DNA from: an uncultured virus (IMG/VR IMGVR_UViG_3300047322_000758)
Lineage: Duplodnaviria > Heunggongvirae > Uroviricota > Caudoviricetes
Virus record (IMG/VR): IMGVR_UViG_3300047322_000758
Strand: one strand, 5' to 3'
DNA length: 64,000 nucleotides
Under the pieces are notes generated by a model. It searched no databases, was not told the origin of the DNA, and worked only from the letters and a program-made list of their open reading frames with translations. Shown piece by piece: positions 9,256 to 18,561 of the stretch. Numbering within the stretch: the first letter of the stretch is position 1; every line of letters starts with the position of its first letter. The translations under genes were made by a program, and so were the position numbers.

Positions 9256-9594
9256 CTATAAACCTTGAAGGCCATTGCGCGTTCCTTTCCTGCATTCCAG
9301 GGTCGGCGAAGAAGATCCTGCATCCGTCGGTTGCGACGCCAACTTCTGGTAGGCCAGTAATTCTTGATACGTCGGGAATGTGTAGGTCGGCGTTGGCTCG
9401 CATGCCAGCGCGAACGCCACTTCGCCCCAATGAATGCGAGCCAAGTCGAACCCGAGGTTGTACACACGGCCGAACACGACCTTGAGCGTCTCGGGTCCGA
9501 GACCAACCAACTCTTCAGCATCTTCTGCCGTCAGGCATTTGATGAGCGCGGTCGTCTCGCGCGTGTCGTTTGAGTCCATGTCGTGGTAGCTCAT
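9256..9594 (-). CDS. hypothetical protein
   Basis: TAATG overlap with the upstream gene. Confidence 0.5.
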   Translation of the reverse strand: MSYHDMDSNDTRETTALIKCLTAEDAEELVGLGPETLKVVFGRVYNLGFDLARIHWGEVAFALACEPTPTYTFPTYQELLAYQKLASQPTDAGSSSPTLECRKGTRNGLQGL

Positions 9595-9824
9595 TACGCC
9601 ACCTTCCGGTTGTCTTGGTCGGCCTTGTACTTTCCGCGCTCAATGGCGTCGAGCGCCTTGAGGATCTCGGGGCCGCTGGCGAGAATGTGCCGCCACATGT
9701 CGGCCTTGCCCTGACCCATGCAGGCGACTGTCTGTGAAGCCACGTCCGCGGGCGGGTCGACCTTCACGTAGGCGTTGCCGTTCTTCCCAATGACGATCTT
9801 GACCGTGCTGTTCTTGCTGGACAT
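9594..9824 (-). CDS. hypothetical protein
   Basis: GAAGGGAAGCGCACA precedes the ATG. Confidence 0.65.
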   Translation of the reverse strand: MSSKNSTVKIVIGKNGNAYVKVDPPADVASQTVACMGQGKADMWRHILASGPEILKALDAIERGKYKADQDNRKVA

Positions 9825-9904
9825 TGTGCGCTTCCCTTCAAATGAATAGTCCCGCCCCTCGGGGGTCCATGCCGCGGGATATGCCGCCCGCTCGGCGCTA
9901 CCTT

Positions 9905-10174
9905 CTAACTCTTCCGCAGCTCGGCAGCAACTAGAGCGGCGTGCTTCTTCTTGGCGTCCCTACAGGCATCCGCCTGTTCCTCCTTGATCAACCTGTCCAG
10001 GTCGTTGGCCCAGGTCGCAGCACATACAGTTGCCGTGGTCTGGTTGGTGCCCGCGTAGACGATATCGGACGGGAGGCCATTGTTGTATTCCGAAAGGACC
10101 ACAAACCACGGACCCTGTGAGTAGGTGGCGACCCTGCCGCCTGAGACGGTGATTGACGATAGAGGATTGGACAT
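9905..10174 (-). CDS. hypothetical protein, first gene after the leftward promoter
   Basis: GAAGGGAAGCGCAG precedes the ATG at 10174. Confidence 0.6.
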   Translation of the reverse strand: MSNPLSSITVSGGRVATYSQGPWFVVLSEYNNGLPSDIVYAGTNQTTATVCAATWANDLDRLIKEEQADACRDAKKKHAALVAAELRKS

Positions 10175-10240
10175 CTGCGCTTCCCTTCTAATAAGGAACT
10201 TTGACTGCCCTAGCGTCACATCTGCTAGTGCTCTATGGGT

Positions 10241-10269
10241 ATTGTGGCATAGTACAGCAGCATTGTCAA
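10241..10269 (-). promoter_or_regulatory. sigma70-type promoter
   Basis: TTGACA-17 nt-CACAAT with TGn extension. Confidence 0.65.
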
Positions 10270-10353
10270 TAGGGCGTATTGTCAGTCCGTAGTGGTATAT
10301 AGAAGGAACGCGGGCGCGCGCGTGTACGCTTACGCACGTAGGGAGGACCAACC

Positions 10354-11619
10354 ATGCCAGCAACCATCGAGCTCGTGCCGCTCGAGCGTCTGCACCCCGC
10401 CGAGTGGAACCCACGCATCGTTAAGACCGCCGACTTCGAAGCACTCTGCAAGTCCATCGAGGCAGACCCCGACTTCATGTGGCGCCGGCCAGTGCTCGCC
10501 CAAATGGACGGAATAATCTACGCCGGCAATACACGCTTCCGTGCCGTCGAACACCTGGGATGGAAGGCCGTTCCTGCCTGCGTCGAGGACGTGCCGGAAC
10601 AACTGGCGAAGGAACGGGCGCTCCGCGATAACAATTCCGCGGGCTCGTGGGAAGACCGGCTCCTCGGCGACCTCATGCTCTCCATGGAACGCGACGAGTC
10701 CGATCTGTCACTGGTCGGATGGAATAATGACACGCTCGACGACCTACTCGCTCAGGCCGTCCCAATCGCAGGGCTCGAGGACCATGGCGCTGACGTGGAC
10801 GCCGCCGAGGAGCTCCGCAATGAATGGCGCACGGAGCCTGGCCAGCTGTGGGAAGTGCCGTCGAAGATCAGGCCGAAGCTCACCCATCGAATAATGTGTG
10901 GCGACTCGACGCTCCGCTCCGACGTGGACCAGCTTCTGGAAGGGCAGCGACCCGACTGCGTAATAACCGATCCCCCCTACGACCTGTCGCCGGCCACGGT
11001 GAGGCTTGCGCTCAGGCTCGTGGCTGACCGCGCCGTGGTGCTCACATCACGCAAGCAAGCGTTCACGCTCGTCGGCGAGGAATGGCGCTACGCGCTCGAC
11101 TTCGTCTGGCACCACACGTTCCCACGCACCTGGCTCACCAAGGTTCATCCCGTCTGGTATCACGCCAATGTCCTGATGATGGCCAGGGCCGGCACCAAGA
11201 TGGACTGGAAGCACGCAGAGGGCGGCACCCCATCCATATTTCAGGTCGAGGGCATCGAGTACACACCGGGTACGCACGAGCACGCCAAGGGCAGCGCTCT
11301 GTTCGAGCACATGATGACCGGCGTCTCTGCCCAGCACTGGGCCGACCCATTCCTCGGGACCGGCGCAACACTCATCGCCTGCGAGAACATGGGGCGGAGA
11401 ATGTCGGGGATGGAGCTGAATCCGGTGTACCTGGCCATGGCGCTCGGCCGCTGGAAGTCTTCAGGGTTCGCGCCGCGGATGGTGTCTGAGGGATTGCCTG
11501 ATTCCAGACGCAAGATCGCTGCAAAGCACGAGGCCCGCACCACGCATTCCTCGGCTAAGACGCGGAGACATGCCGCCTCATCGGCGAAGGAACGAGCGGC
11601 ACGCCGAGCATCAGCATGA
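10354..11619 (+). CDS. ParB-like N-terminal domain fused to DNA amino-methyltransferase
   Basis: LHPAEWNPR...IYAGNTRFRA...ALRDN (ParB/Srx), DPPY catalytic motif, DPFLGTGAT SAM-binding motif; GGAGG RBS. Confidence 0.85.
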   Translation: MPATIELVPLERLHPAEWNPRIVKTADFEALCKSIEADPDFMWRRPVLAQMDGIIYAGNTRFRAVEHLGWKAVPACVEDVPEQLAKERALRDNNSAGSWEDRLLGDLMLSMERDESDLSLVGWNNDTLDDLLAQAVPIAGLEDHGADVDAAEELRNEWRTEPGQLWEVPSKIRPKLTHRIMCGDSTLRSDVDQLLEGQRPDCVITDPPYDLSPATVRLALRLVADRAVVLTSRKQAFTLVGEEWRYALDFVWHHTFPRTWLTKVHPVWYHANVLMMARAGTKMDWKHAEGGTPSIFQVEGIEYTPGTHEHAKGSALFEHMMTGVSAQHWADPFLGTGATLIACENMGRRMSGMELNPVYLAMALGRWKSSGFAPRMVSEGLPDSRRKIAAKHEARTTHSSAKTRRHAASSAKERAARRASA

Positions 11620-12021
11620 CCTTTCCAGCGAATGCTGGGTTTGCGGATCTTCACCGTAGGCCAGGACTGCTGTAACGTGTTCAACCCAGCTACGAACAGC
11701 CTTGTTCGTAGTAGGCCGAGTCTGGCACCGGGCACCGCAAGCACACCTGGCCTGAGCGCCTGCGTCACGGTTTATCTCTGCTAGCCAATGTGACCGTAGG
11801 ACTGCCTGCATTCGCTGAACGATGTGCGAAGACGTGACCGTCGACGCGGCCAGGTCCGGGATGGGCGGACAGAGTTTGCAGTAACGTGCCCTCGGATTGT
11901 TCTCATCTGCGATGAACTGATGCCCGCATTCCAGCGTCTCTACGTAGCCTCTGGGGCGGAACTTGTAGCCACCCGGATCGACTACTTGGCGAAGAGGCGG
12001 TTTCATCCTGAACTGCCCCAC
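11611..12021 (-). CDS. hypothetical Zn-binding protein
   Basis: LECGH...CKLC and CACG motifs. Confidence 0.55.
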   Translation of the reverse strand: MGQFRMKPPLRQVVDPGGYKFRPRGYVETLECGHQFIADENNPRARYCKLCPPIPDLAASTVTSSHIVQRMQAVLRSHWLAEINRDAGAQARCACGARCQTRPTTNKAVRSWVEHVTAVLAYGEDPQTQHSLERSC

Positions 12022-12169
12022 ACGCCGACCAGCTCCTCGAGTTTCTCGACCAGCTCTCGGAACTCCGCTTTCGTCAAAGCCAGATAGCGAACGCCCCCAC
12101 GAACGCTCAGCTTCATGAACACCCTGCCATCTGCCATATCCGATACGGTCACTTCCACGTCTTCACCCT

Positions 12170-13177
12170 TTAGCGTCTCTTCCATGTCTTCTCGCTCGGG
12201 AAATAATGCAGCACCTCGCCGTCCAGTTCGACGTTCTGTCCTGGGAACGCGCTTGAGCCCTGCTTGTGCCATAGCCACACGCCGGCAGCCTGACACTGGT
12301 CGCGAATATCCCGGAACCACTGAGGGTCAGCGTGGCGATAGTGCGGGCCACTCTCACCACCAGTGATAACCCAGTCCAGCGAACGCAGCGGCTGCATCTT
12401 CGGTCCTACGAATGGCCGCAGATTAATCGGACCAAGAAGCGGCTCGGCGCTGATGAACCTTACGGCTGCAGGAGTCCGGAGCAATAACGGAATCCGCTCG
12501 TCGGCTCGCTGCTGGTCTTCGGTCGAAGTGCCCAACCACACGTTGGGGAGCGGCCATGACGGCAGCAGCCCGTCGGGTCCACAGATATCGTCGTGTGGAT
12601 GTTGCTTCCTCCATAGCCGGCCCTGCGGTGAGTGGACAACGGCCTCGAATATCCTGCCCTTAACGCCGAACTGCCAGACGCCCTCGTACTTGAGTCGACC
12701 TCCATTCAGGTCGATTTGCGCGAAGGCGGTCTGCATCACCTTGCGCTCCTTGGGTGCAAGCTCGCCGAACTGGTCGTCCACGTAGTCGAGCATCCGGTCC
12801 GCCCGCTTCGTGAGCACCTGGAAGGTGACGTCCGGTCGCAGGGCCATCATGGCGAAGACCTGATCAATCATTTCTTTCGGAATCCAGTCGCCGAACAGGT
12901 CGGTCATGTCCATCATGAAAATCCTGTGGCCGGAAATAATCTTCGACGTGGCCAGCTTGTGCATCTCGGCCTCGTCCACGTAGGGCGTCACGGCCTGCAT
13001 GTTCTTGACCACGAAATCCTTGCCGCGGCCATAGCGCTTCGCGAGCTCCGCGCTGTAGCAGTTCACGCAGCCAGGCGAGACACGTACGCACGCCCAGACA
13101 CTCTTGCCATCCCGGTCGCGATACCGGATGGGCGAACTGGTGAAGTCCGTCCAGGATATGTTCGTCCTATTCGGCAT
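12170..13177 (-). CDS. phage Gp37/Gp68 (DUF5131) radical-SAM-like protein
   Basis: ISWTD, CVRVSPGCVNCY, MTDLF, LTKR, NVWLGTS, SAEPLL, WVITGGESG and KQG motifs. Confidence 0.88.
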   Translation of the reverse strand: MPNRTNISWTDFTSSPIRYRDRDGKSVWACVRVSPGCVNCYSAELAKRYGRGKDFVVKNMQAVTPYVDEAEMHKLATSKIISGHRIFMMDMTDLFGDWIPKEMIDQVFAMMALRPDVTFQVLTKRADRMLDYVDDQFGELAPKERKVMQTAFAQIDLNGGRLKYEGVWQFGVKGRIFEAVVHSPQGRLWRKQHPHDDICGPDGLLPSWPLPNVWLGTSTEDQQRADERIPLLLRTPAAVRFISAEPLLGPINLRPFVGPKMQPLRSLDWVITGGESGPHYRHADPQWFRDIRDQCQAAGVWLWHKQGSSAFPGQNVELDGEVLHYFPSEKTWKRR

Positions 13178-13324
13178 TTGGTCTTCCCCTGTCATTCGAG
13201 AAGGCCGCAGCTGCCGCAAGCATTGCCACGATGAGAACGAACACGCGCATCCACTGAGACAAGTCGAGGTACACGAACGCAAAGCATTCACCGCAGCAAA
13301 TCCCTAGCCATAGGGGAGAGCGAA

Positions 13325-13747
13325 TCATCGGCCGACCGTCCCAACTTGGGACGTTTGCAGCCACGCGAGCAAACGGTTCAGCGTCTCAATGGCTCCCTCT
13401 TCCGCGGCCGCCTCGAGCGTGAGCTCCAGCTTCGCTCGGCCATTCTTCTGGCGTGCCTGCTTGATATCCTTGGCGTCGCGGGCCTTCGCAGCCTCCAGTT
13501 CGTGATAAATCCACCAGCGGATTCCCTCGATGCTGTTGGGATTCATACTCGCCGGCATCGGGTTGGCCCTCCTCCGTTTGTAGCTCGAACGCTTCGCCGC
13601 GTCATAAGCAGGAGAATATCCGTGCGGCTCAATAATTCGCTCAGCCTGTCTGCCAAGCCACAGCAGCGACCGTATCCTCCATAGCCATGTCCATCCACTT
13701 GCCATTACGCGCTCCCTTCCCCCTGCTGCTCTTTCGTCCGTCGTCAT
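13325..13747 (-). CDS. hypothetical protein
   Basis: ATGA-coupled start. Confidence 0.5.
   Translation of the reverse strand: MTTDERAAGGRERVMASGWTWLWRIRSLLWLGRQAERIIEPHGYSPAYDAAKRSSYKRRRANPMPASMNPNSIEGIRWWIYHELEAAKARDAKDIKQARQKNGRAKLELTLEAAAEEGAIETLNRLLAWLQTSQVGTVGR
13337..13353. repeat. dispersed 17-bp palindrome, copy 2
   Basis: CGTCCCAACTTGGGACG. Confidence 0.85.
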
Positions 13748-14070
13748 CTCGCCAGGTCCGCAATGTCGATGAACGGATACGGGTGCCAACCCACGTCGCC
13801 GGGACCACGGAAGTCGTCGAGCGCTCGCTGCCAGCGGGCCCAGTCGTCCGGCCAAGCGCCAATCTCGTTCCATTCCAGAACGGCAGCGCGAATCGTCAGA
13901 ATCAACGTCTCGCGACTTCCCGACTTGATGGCGCGGGTGAGTGCCGCCTTCTGCTTCGGGAATACCCTCGACATTCGGGCGTAGTCGATCGGTTGCCGCG
14001 CCCGTTCGCGCTCTCGGCCGGCCGCGATAGCCCGGCGCTCAATCTCCTGTGCTTGGTTCGTCGTCGTCAT
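13744..14070 (-). CDS. hypothetical protein
   Basis: Coupled, with a GGAGG RBS; KAALTRA...WPDDWARWQRAL. Confidence 0.6.
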   Translation of the reverse strand: MTTTNQAQEIERRAIAAGRERERARQPIDYARMSRVFPKQKAALTRAIKSGSRETLILTIRAAVLEWNEIGAWPDDWARWQRALDDFRGPGDVGWHPYPFIDIADLAR

Positions 14071-14366
14071 CGATCGCCTCCTAGAAAGCGGGTGTCGTCG
14101 TCGACCGTGGTCCGCTGTTCGATTAATGCTTTCTGACCGAGCGGAGTGATCTTGAACAGTCGTGTGCCTTCCGGTGGTTGGGCACTCCACCGTGCAGTGA
14201 TCATTCCGTCTCGCTGGAGCCTGGCCAGCGCGACATAGCCTGCTGAACGATGCCACTCGCTCAGTTCATTGGCGATCTCGGAGCCGCTCCACTCTTCACC
14301 ATCTGAGATATGAATGAGCACCTCGCGCTCCCGCTTCGATAACCGACGGGGCTTATCGTCAGGCAT
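14067..14366 (-). CDS. PadR-like winged-helix regulator
   Basis: SGSEI...YVALARLQRDGMITARW...RLFKITPLG. Confidence 0.75.
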   Translation of the reverse strand: MPDDKPRRLSKREREVLIHISDGEEWSGSEIANELSEWHRSAGYVALARLQRDGMITARWSAQPPEGTRLFKITPLGQKALIEQRTTVDDDTRFLGGDR

Positions 14367-15004
14367 CACGCAATCTCCTCCACGATGAGTCCGGTATGCT
14401 CGGCGAGCCACGACGCGAGAATGCGTCGATGACACACCCCCTGCTTGACCAACACGTCTTCATAACAGCACAACACGATCTCGCGGCCGGCGACCTCTTC
14501 ACGCTTGGCTGACAGGAGCTCCAGGACTGCGCTGGGGCCGAGCTCGTCCAGTTGGGCACGATAGGCCGCCTCGAACCCTGGCTTGCCCTTGAGCGCAAAC
14601 GTCGCGGACGTGGGAGCCAGTGACAGCATGATCCCCGCCAGCTCATAACGGAGCGGGAACCGAGGCGGCGCAATCGTGATGCGCACAGGAGCGTACTGCT
14701 TCTTCACCAGCGTGTCCTGGTCCTGGAACCGGCCGGTGAAGACGTGGCCCTGAAGTAATCCAGCGGGCACCGCCAGGTCTTGCGGAATGGTCATGCTCTG
14801 CGCAGCAGTCTCGTCGTCGAGCAGCATGAGATAGCCGGCGAGTCTGAGCGAGTGCTTGCAGACGCTTCGATACTGGTAGCCGAGGCAGTTGCAGATAATG
14901 CCGTCATCGGTCAGCGCCAGTTCGTACTCCATGTCTGGGTCGCTCTCTGACTGCGCAACCCATAACCCCTGCTTCTCAGGGTGCGTTCGGATTTCAATTG
15001 CCAT
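14366..15004 (-). CDS. SWIM Zn-finger fused to DUF488-like domain
   Basis: CNC-x7-CKH (SWIM); LAP...LCCYED...CHRRILASWL (DUF488-like). Confidence 0.65.
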   Translation of the reverse strand: MAIEIRTHPEKQGLWVAQSESDPDMEYELALTDDGIICNCLGYQYRSVCKHSLRLAGYLMLLDDETAAQSMTIPQDLAVPAGLLQGHVFTGRFQDQDTLVKKQYAPVRITIAPPRFPLRYELAGIMLSLAPTSATFALKGKPGFEAAYRAQLDELGPSAVLELLSAKREEVAGREIVLCCYEDVLVKQGVCHRRILASWLAEHTGLIVEEIA

Positions 15005-15899
15005 ACATTTCCTCCAAAGACACCGCGTAATGCGCGGCGGCATTTTGCATCATCGTGTTGACGCGACCCGCAAGTCGCGACACTTCGGTCGCTACCGCGG
15101 CCCATCGGTCGACGTCGGCGCCGAGCGCGTCGGCAAGTCCGCACGGGTCGAACTCCAGCACCGTCGAAAAGGAACTGGTCAGCTTCGACAGCTTCTCCAT
15201 CTCCCGCTCGAACTGCTTGCGGGTTTCCTTGCGCTGATGCTTGACGAACTCGTCAGGCTCCGGAACCACGAACAGGTCTGCCTGCGCCTGTCTCGCCACG
15301 ATGGCAGAGGCGTAGCGTGCGGCTTCCTGCTCCGTGGCGAGCTCGCCTGTCTGGTACTTGCGCAGCACTTCCCCCTGCTCGTCAGGCCCGAGCCTGGCCA
15401 GCTGAATGGCAAGCCATTTTTGGATTTGGCCGCGGGCGACCAGGTGCTGGATATCGTCCCGAAGGTTGAGCAACGACAGCCGGAAGGCAATCATCTGCGG
15501 AGTCTTGCCGAACAGCTTGGCGACTTCCTCGGATGTAAGCCCGGTCGCCATCACCTGGGCGTAGGCGTTCGCTTCCTCAATCACGGTCATGTCCGCTCGA
15601 GCGACGTTCTCCAGCGTGGACAGAATGAACGCCTGCTCGTCCGAGACATCACGCAATATCTCGACGGGAACCCTCGCGAGCCCGGCTATCTTGGCGGCCC
15701 GCCAGCGGCGCTCACCGGCAATAATCTGGTAGCCGCTTTTGGCAGGCCGAACGATGAGACGCTGCAGTAAGCCGTACTTCGCGATCGAGTCAGCGAGCTC
15801 CAGGAGCGCCTCTTCGTCAAACAGCTTCCGTGGTTGGTTTGGGTTTGGGATAATCTTGGCGACCGAAATGTCGGCAGTACGCGCAACCGCTGCCTTCAT
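14994..15899 (-). CDS. parB: ParB/RepB/Spo0J family protein
   Basis: PNPNQPRKLF, GLLQRLIVR, IIAGERRWRA (CTPase motif), ENVAR, and a central HTH. Confidence 0.92.
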   Translation of the reverse strand: MKAAVARTADISVAKIIPNPNQPRKLFDEEALLELADSIAKYGLLQRLIVRPAKSGYQIIAGERRWRAAKIAGLARVPVEILRDVSDEQAFILSTLENVARADMTVIEEANAYAQVMATGLTSEEVAKLFGKTPQMIAFRLSLLNLRDDIQHLVARGQIQKWLAIQLARLGPDEQGEVLRKYQTGELATEQEAARYASAIVARQAQADLFVVPEPDEFVKHQRKETRKQFEREMEKLSKLTSSFSTVLEFDPCGLADALGADVDRWAAVATEVSRLAGRVNTMMQNAAAHYAVSLEEMYGN

Positions 15900-16337
15900 A
15901 GGTCGGGTCCATTGGCATTACGCCAGAACTCTTGAAACAGAGCGTCTATTTGCTGCGAAATACTCCGCCACGACTCCGTGTGTGCTACCCACGAGACCCC
16001 CTCAGCAATCACATAAGGTTGGCCGTCTGGTAGCGAGATCGATATTTTCAGTCCGGTCACGTTAACGAGCATCCACAGGATCTTGTCTGCATCTGATTGC
16101 GGTCTGCTGGCTGCCGTCACGGAATAGCCTCCTGCATATCGGACAGCATCAGGTCCATACCGGCTTCATAGAAAGGCGTCTTGAGCCCAACTTCTGCGAA
16201 GTAACTAGAGAGCAGCGCCGCGAATGGGCCCATGACCTCCGGGCGGCGATGGACAAGTTGTAGCGCCATGCCGAATCCCGCCATCCAATCAGGGCTTTTG
16301 TTCTGGTCGAGGATGGCCTGCATTGGCGTCTTCTTCA

Positions 16338-16625
16338 TCATGACGAGCACCAGGCGCCGATGGCCCACCTCGTTCCATCGCTCGCGTTGTACTGAACAGC
16401 CAGCGCGTCTTGCCACTTCTGGCAGTGCTCATCCAGCCAGTCTTCGGCCTCATCCCTGCTCTCGAAAAACTCATCGAGGACACTCAGGCCGGCCGCCTCA
16501 GCCCAGCTGCCTGAGTAGCCATGGCCCTGCTCGTAGCCTGCCTTCGCCTGAGCAGCGGCGAACTTCTGGCGCAGCTCCGCTTCCGGAATCAGCGCGGCGG
16601 TCATGAAATTAAACTGGGCCCCCAT
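16338..16625 (-). CDS. hypothetical phage protein
   Basis: MGA...GHGYSG...KW...GAWCSS; AAGGA RBS. Confidence 0.65.
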   Translation of the reverse strand: MGAQFNFMTAALIPEAELRQKFAAAQAKAGYEQGHGYSGSWAEAAGLSVLDEFFESRDEAEDWLDEHCQKWQDALAVQYNASDGTRWAIGAWCSS

Positions 16626-16974
16626 TTACGATTCCTTCTCTTTTGGTGTCCGGCCGGAGATCGACGCTCACGACAGCGCTGCCTGGTTCCAGCGCTAAGA
16701 ACTTTCTCTCACCGTGCTGGAATCCCAGCACGGTGAGGTTACGCTGCTCTTTGAAGCCGTGGCCGACGATGACGTCCACGATGTCGTTGCCGTCGGACGA
16801 CTCTGCAATGAAGAGATTGATCTGGAATGCGCGAGTGCGGTCGGCACGAAGGATGTCGATGCTGCCGCTGTGGGAGCCAGCCGGTACAACCAGAGCGGTG
16901 CGTTCGAAGCGGTCGTCCGGGTCGGTGTAGGTCGTCACTTCCGTCTTCGCGTCGATAATCTCTTTCGATGTCAT
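16609..16974 (-). CDS. hypothetical protein
   Basis: ATGA-coupled start with a GAAAGGGAAGCG RBS. Confidence 0.6.
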   Translation of the reverse strand: MTSKEIIDAKTEVTTYTDPDDRFERTALVVPAGSHSGSIDILRADRTRAFQINLFIAESSDGNDIVDVIVGHGFKEQRNLTVLGFQHGERKFLALEPGSAVVSVDLRPDTKREGIVNGGPV

Positions 16975-17621
16975 CGCTTCCCTTTCTCCTGATGGACCGC
17001 GCAACAGCGCGAGTCTTCGCCAATCGTCGGCCACGTACAGAACACCTGGCCGAGCTCGCCTGGTCCAATGCAGAGCGACTCCGAAATGAGGAAGTCGCGC
17101 TCGCAATCAGACCAGCTCCTCAGTTGCAGGGCACGAGGCCACTCGCTGAACTCCATGCCGCTGTCATCCTTCACATGCAGGCTCTTGCGATACAGCTTCG
17201 TGACCGTGCAGTAACGCCCTGCCATAATGCTGAACACGCGGTCGCCAACGTGCAGCTGCTCCATCGTCAGTACACGGTTTCCTGCGTGGGCAGCCTTACG
17301 GCGCTCTTCGAGCCCTTCTTCATCGCGGCGCCGCAGTTCTGCCTTAACGGCGTCAACAGCGCTCCGATGCACTCCCTCCGTCTCGAGTGTGAAAGTTCCA
17401 GCGTCGAACGCAGCCATAACCCGCTCGTGCCACTGCATCTTGCAGGCCGACGAGGCGTCCCATTCCTCGCGACGCTTGGCGTCGTAGCGACGCTTGGCTG
17501 CGCCGCTCATGCGGGCGTACTGATGCGGGCTGATTTCCATGATGTGCGGCTGGGGGACGCCCATGCGTATCTGGTAGAGCTGCTCGTCCATCGTCCACGG
17601 CTCTTCGATAACTGTGGTCAT
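16971..17621 (-). CDS. hypothetical protein
   Basis: 216-aa coupled ORF. Confidence 0.6.
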   Translation of the reverse strand: MTTVIEEPWTMDEQLYQIRMGVPQPHIMEISPHQYARMSGAAKRRYDAKRREEWDASSACKMQWHERVMAAFDAGTFTLETEGVHRSAVDAVKAELRRRDEEGLEERRKAAHAGNRVLTMEQLHVGDRVFSIMAGRYCTVTKLYRKSLHVKDDSGMEFSEWPRALQLRSWSDCERDFLISESLCIGPGELGQVFCTWPTIGEDSRCCAVHQEKGKR

Positions 17622-18172
17622 TTCCGCACCCCGCAGGCGAGAATGTTCATCTGCTCGAAGGCGTCGATAGGCACGCCGGCGTATGCCTCGACGATTCGCC
17701 AGTCAGGCTCTGGGCCGTCAAGGTCGAACTCAGCTAGGCGACGCCAGCGATAGTTGGGAGCCGTCGACCAGGAGGTGAGGATCTTCATCGTCCGCCGGAG
17801 AGGGTGAATGATGTAGACGAACTCAATGGTTTCGGTGGCCCTCGCTCTCAGTCCATCGGTGTCCCTGTAGCGCATATCGCCATCGGGATACGGGTCGTCG
17901 GGAAAGCTGCTCCAGCCGCCAGGGTGGGCGTCGATTGCTTTTTCGAGAAGCAAGAACAGGTTGCCGTGGAATGGGCTGGGTACGTCTACGTAAACGTGCT
18001 CCGGTGGGCCTCCAAACCCTTGGTCGGTCGGGCTGAAGACGCCGTCTGGTTGGCAGAATGCCCACAGCTTCGCGCCTGTCCAGCGCGGATAGCCGTCTGA
18101 GTGCTGATAGACGCCTTCCCAGGAGCCCTCCGGACCCTCGCAGGGCCGTGCAATAACTGAACGTGTACTCAT
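17618..18172 (-). CDS. hypothetical phage protein (MxTRS...YxHxDGYP type)
   Basis: MSTRSVIA...GVYQHSDGYP...IEFVYII. Confidence 0.65.
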   Translation of the reverse strand: MSTRSVIARPCEGPEGSWEGVYQHSDGYPRWTGAKLWAFCQPDGVFSPTDQGFGGPPEHVYVDVPSPFHGNLFLLLEKAIDAHPGGWSSFPDDPYPDGDMRYRDTDGLRARATETIEFVYIIHPLRRTMKILTSWSTAPNYRWRRLAEFDLDGPEPDWRIVEAYAGVPIDAFEQMNILACGVRK

Positions 18173-18366
18173 AGGTGTTCACCAGCCTCAATCAGACGCT
18201 GTTCGTTCGCGGCGATCAGTTCCTTGCAGTAGTTGATGCTGTCCGCGATGTAGGCTTCGATCTCTCCCAGCCATGCGATGGTTTGCAAGCGCTCCCAATG
18301 GGCCAGCGACTGCCGCTGCCACGCTAGAGCTTCTCGGTAGATTTGCGGATATGCAAGTTTGTCCAT
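18169..18366 (-). CDS. hypothetical protein
   Basis: Start at 18366 with a GGAAAGGAAGCGCAA RBS; the longer track ORF runs through the repeat array. Confidence 0.6.
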   Translation of the reverse strand: MDKLAYPQIYREALAWQRQSLAHWERLQTIAWLGEIEAYIADSINYCKELIAANEQRLIEAGEHL

Positions 18367-18394
18367 TTGCGCTTCCTTTCCGAATTGATTTTCA

Positions 18395-18554
18395 TTACCA
18401 GACCTCGCCATGCCAATCCACGCCCCGCCGCACCTGGCCATACCTTGCCAGTCCTGAGCTGGCCCAGTCTCACCGGGCCATGCCACACCAGGCAACGCCT
18501 TGCCATGCCAGGACCGACCCGACACCGCCATGCCATGCCGGGACCGACCTCACC
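18395..18554 (-). ncRNA. GGY-NN pentamer array (32 units), putative guide RNA downstream of the RAMP gene
   Basis: Unbroken 5-nt register; 24 of 32 units start with GGC/GGT and the rest are near-variants. The last 2 nt vary. Confidence 0.75.
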
Positions 18555-18561
18555 GCGACTT

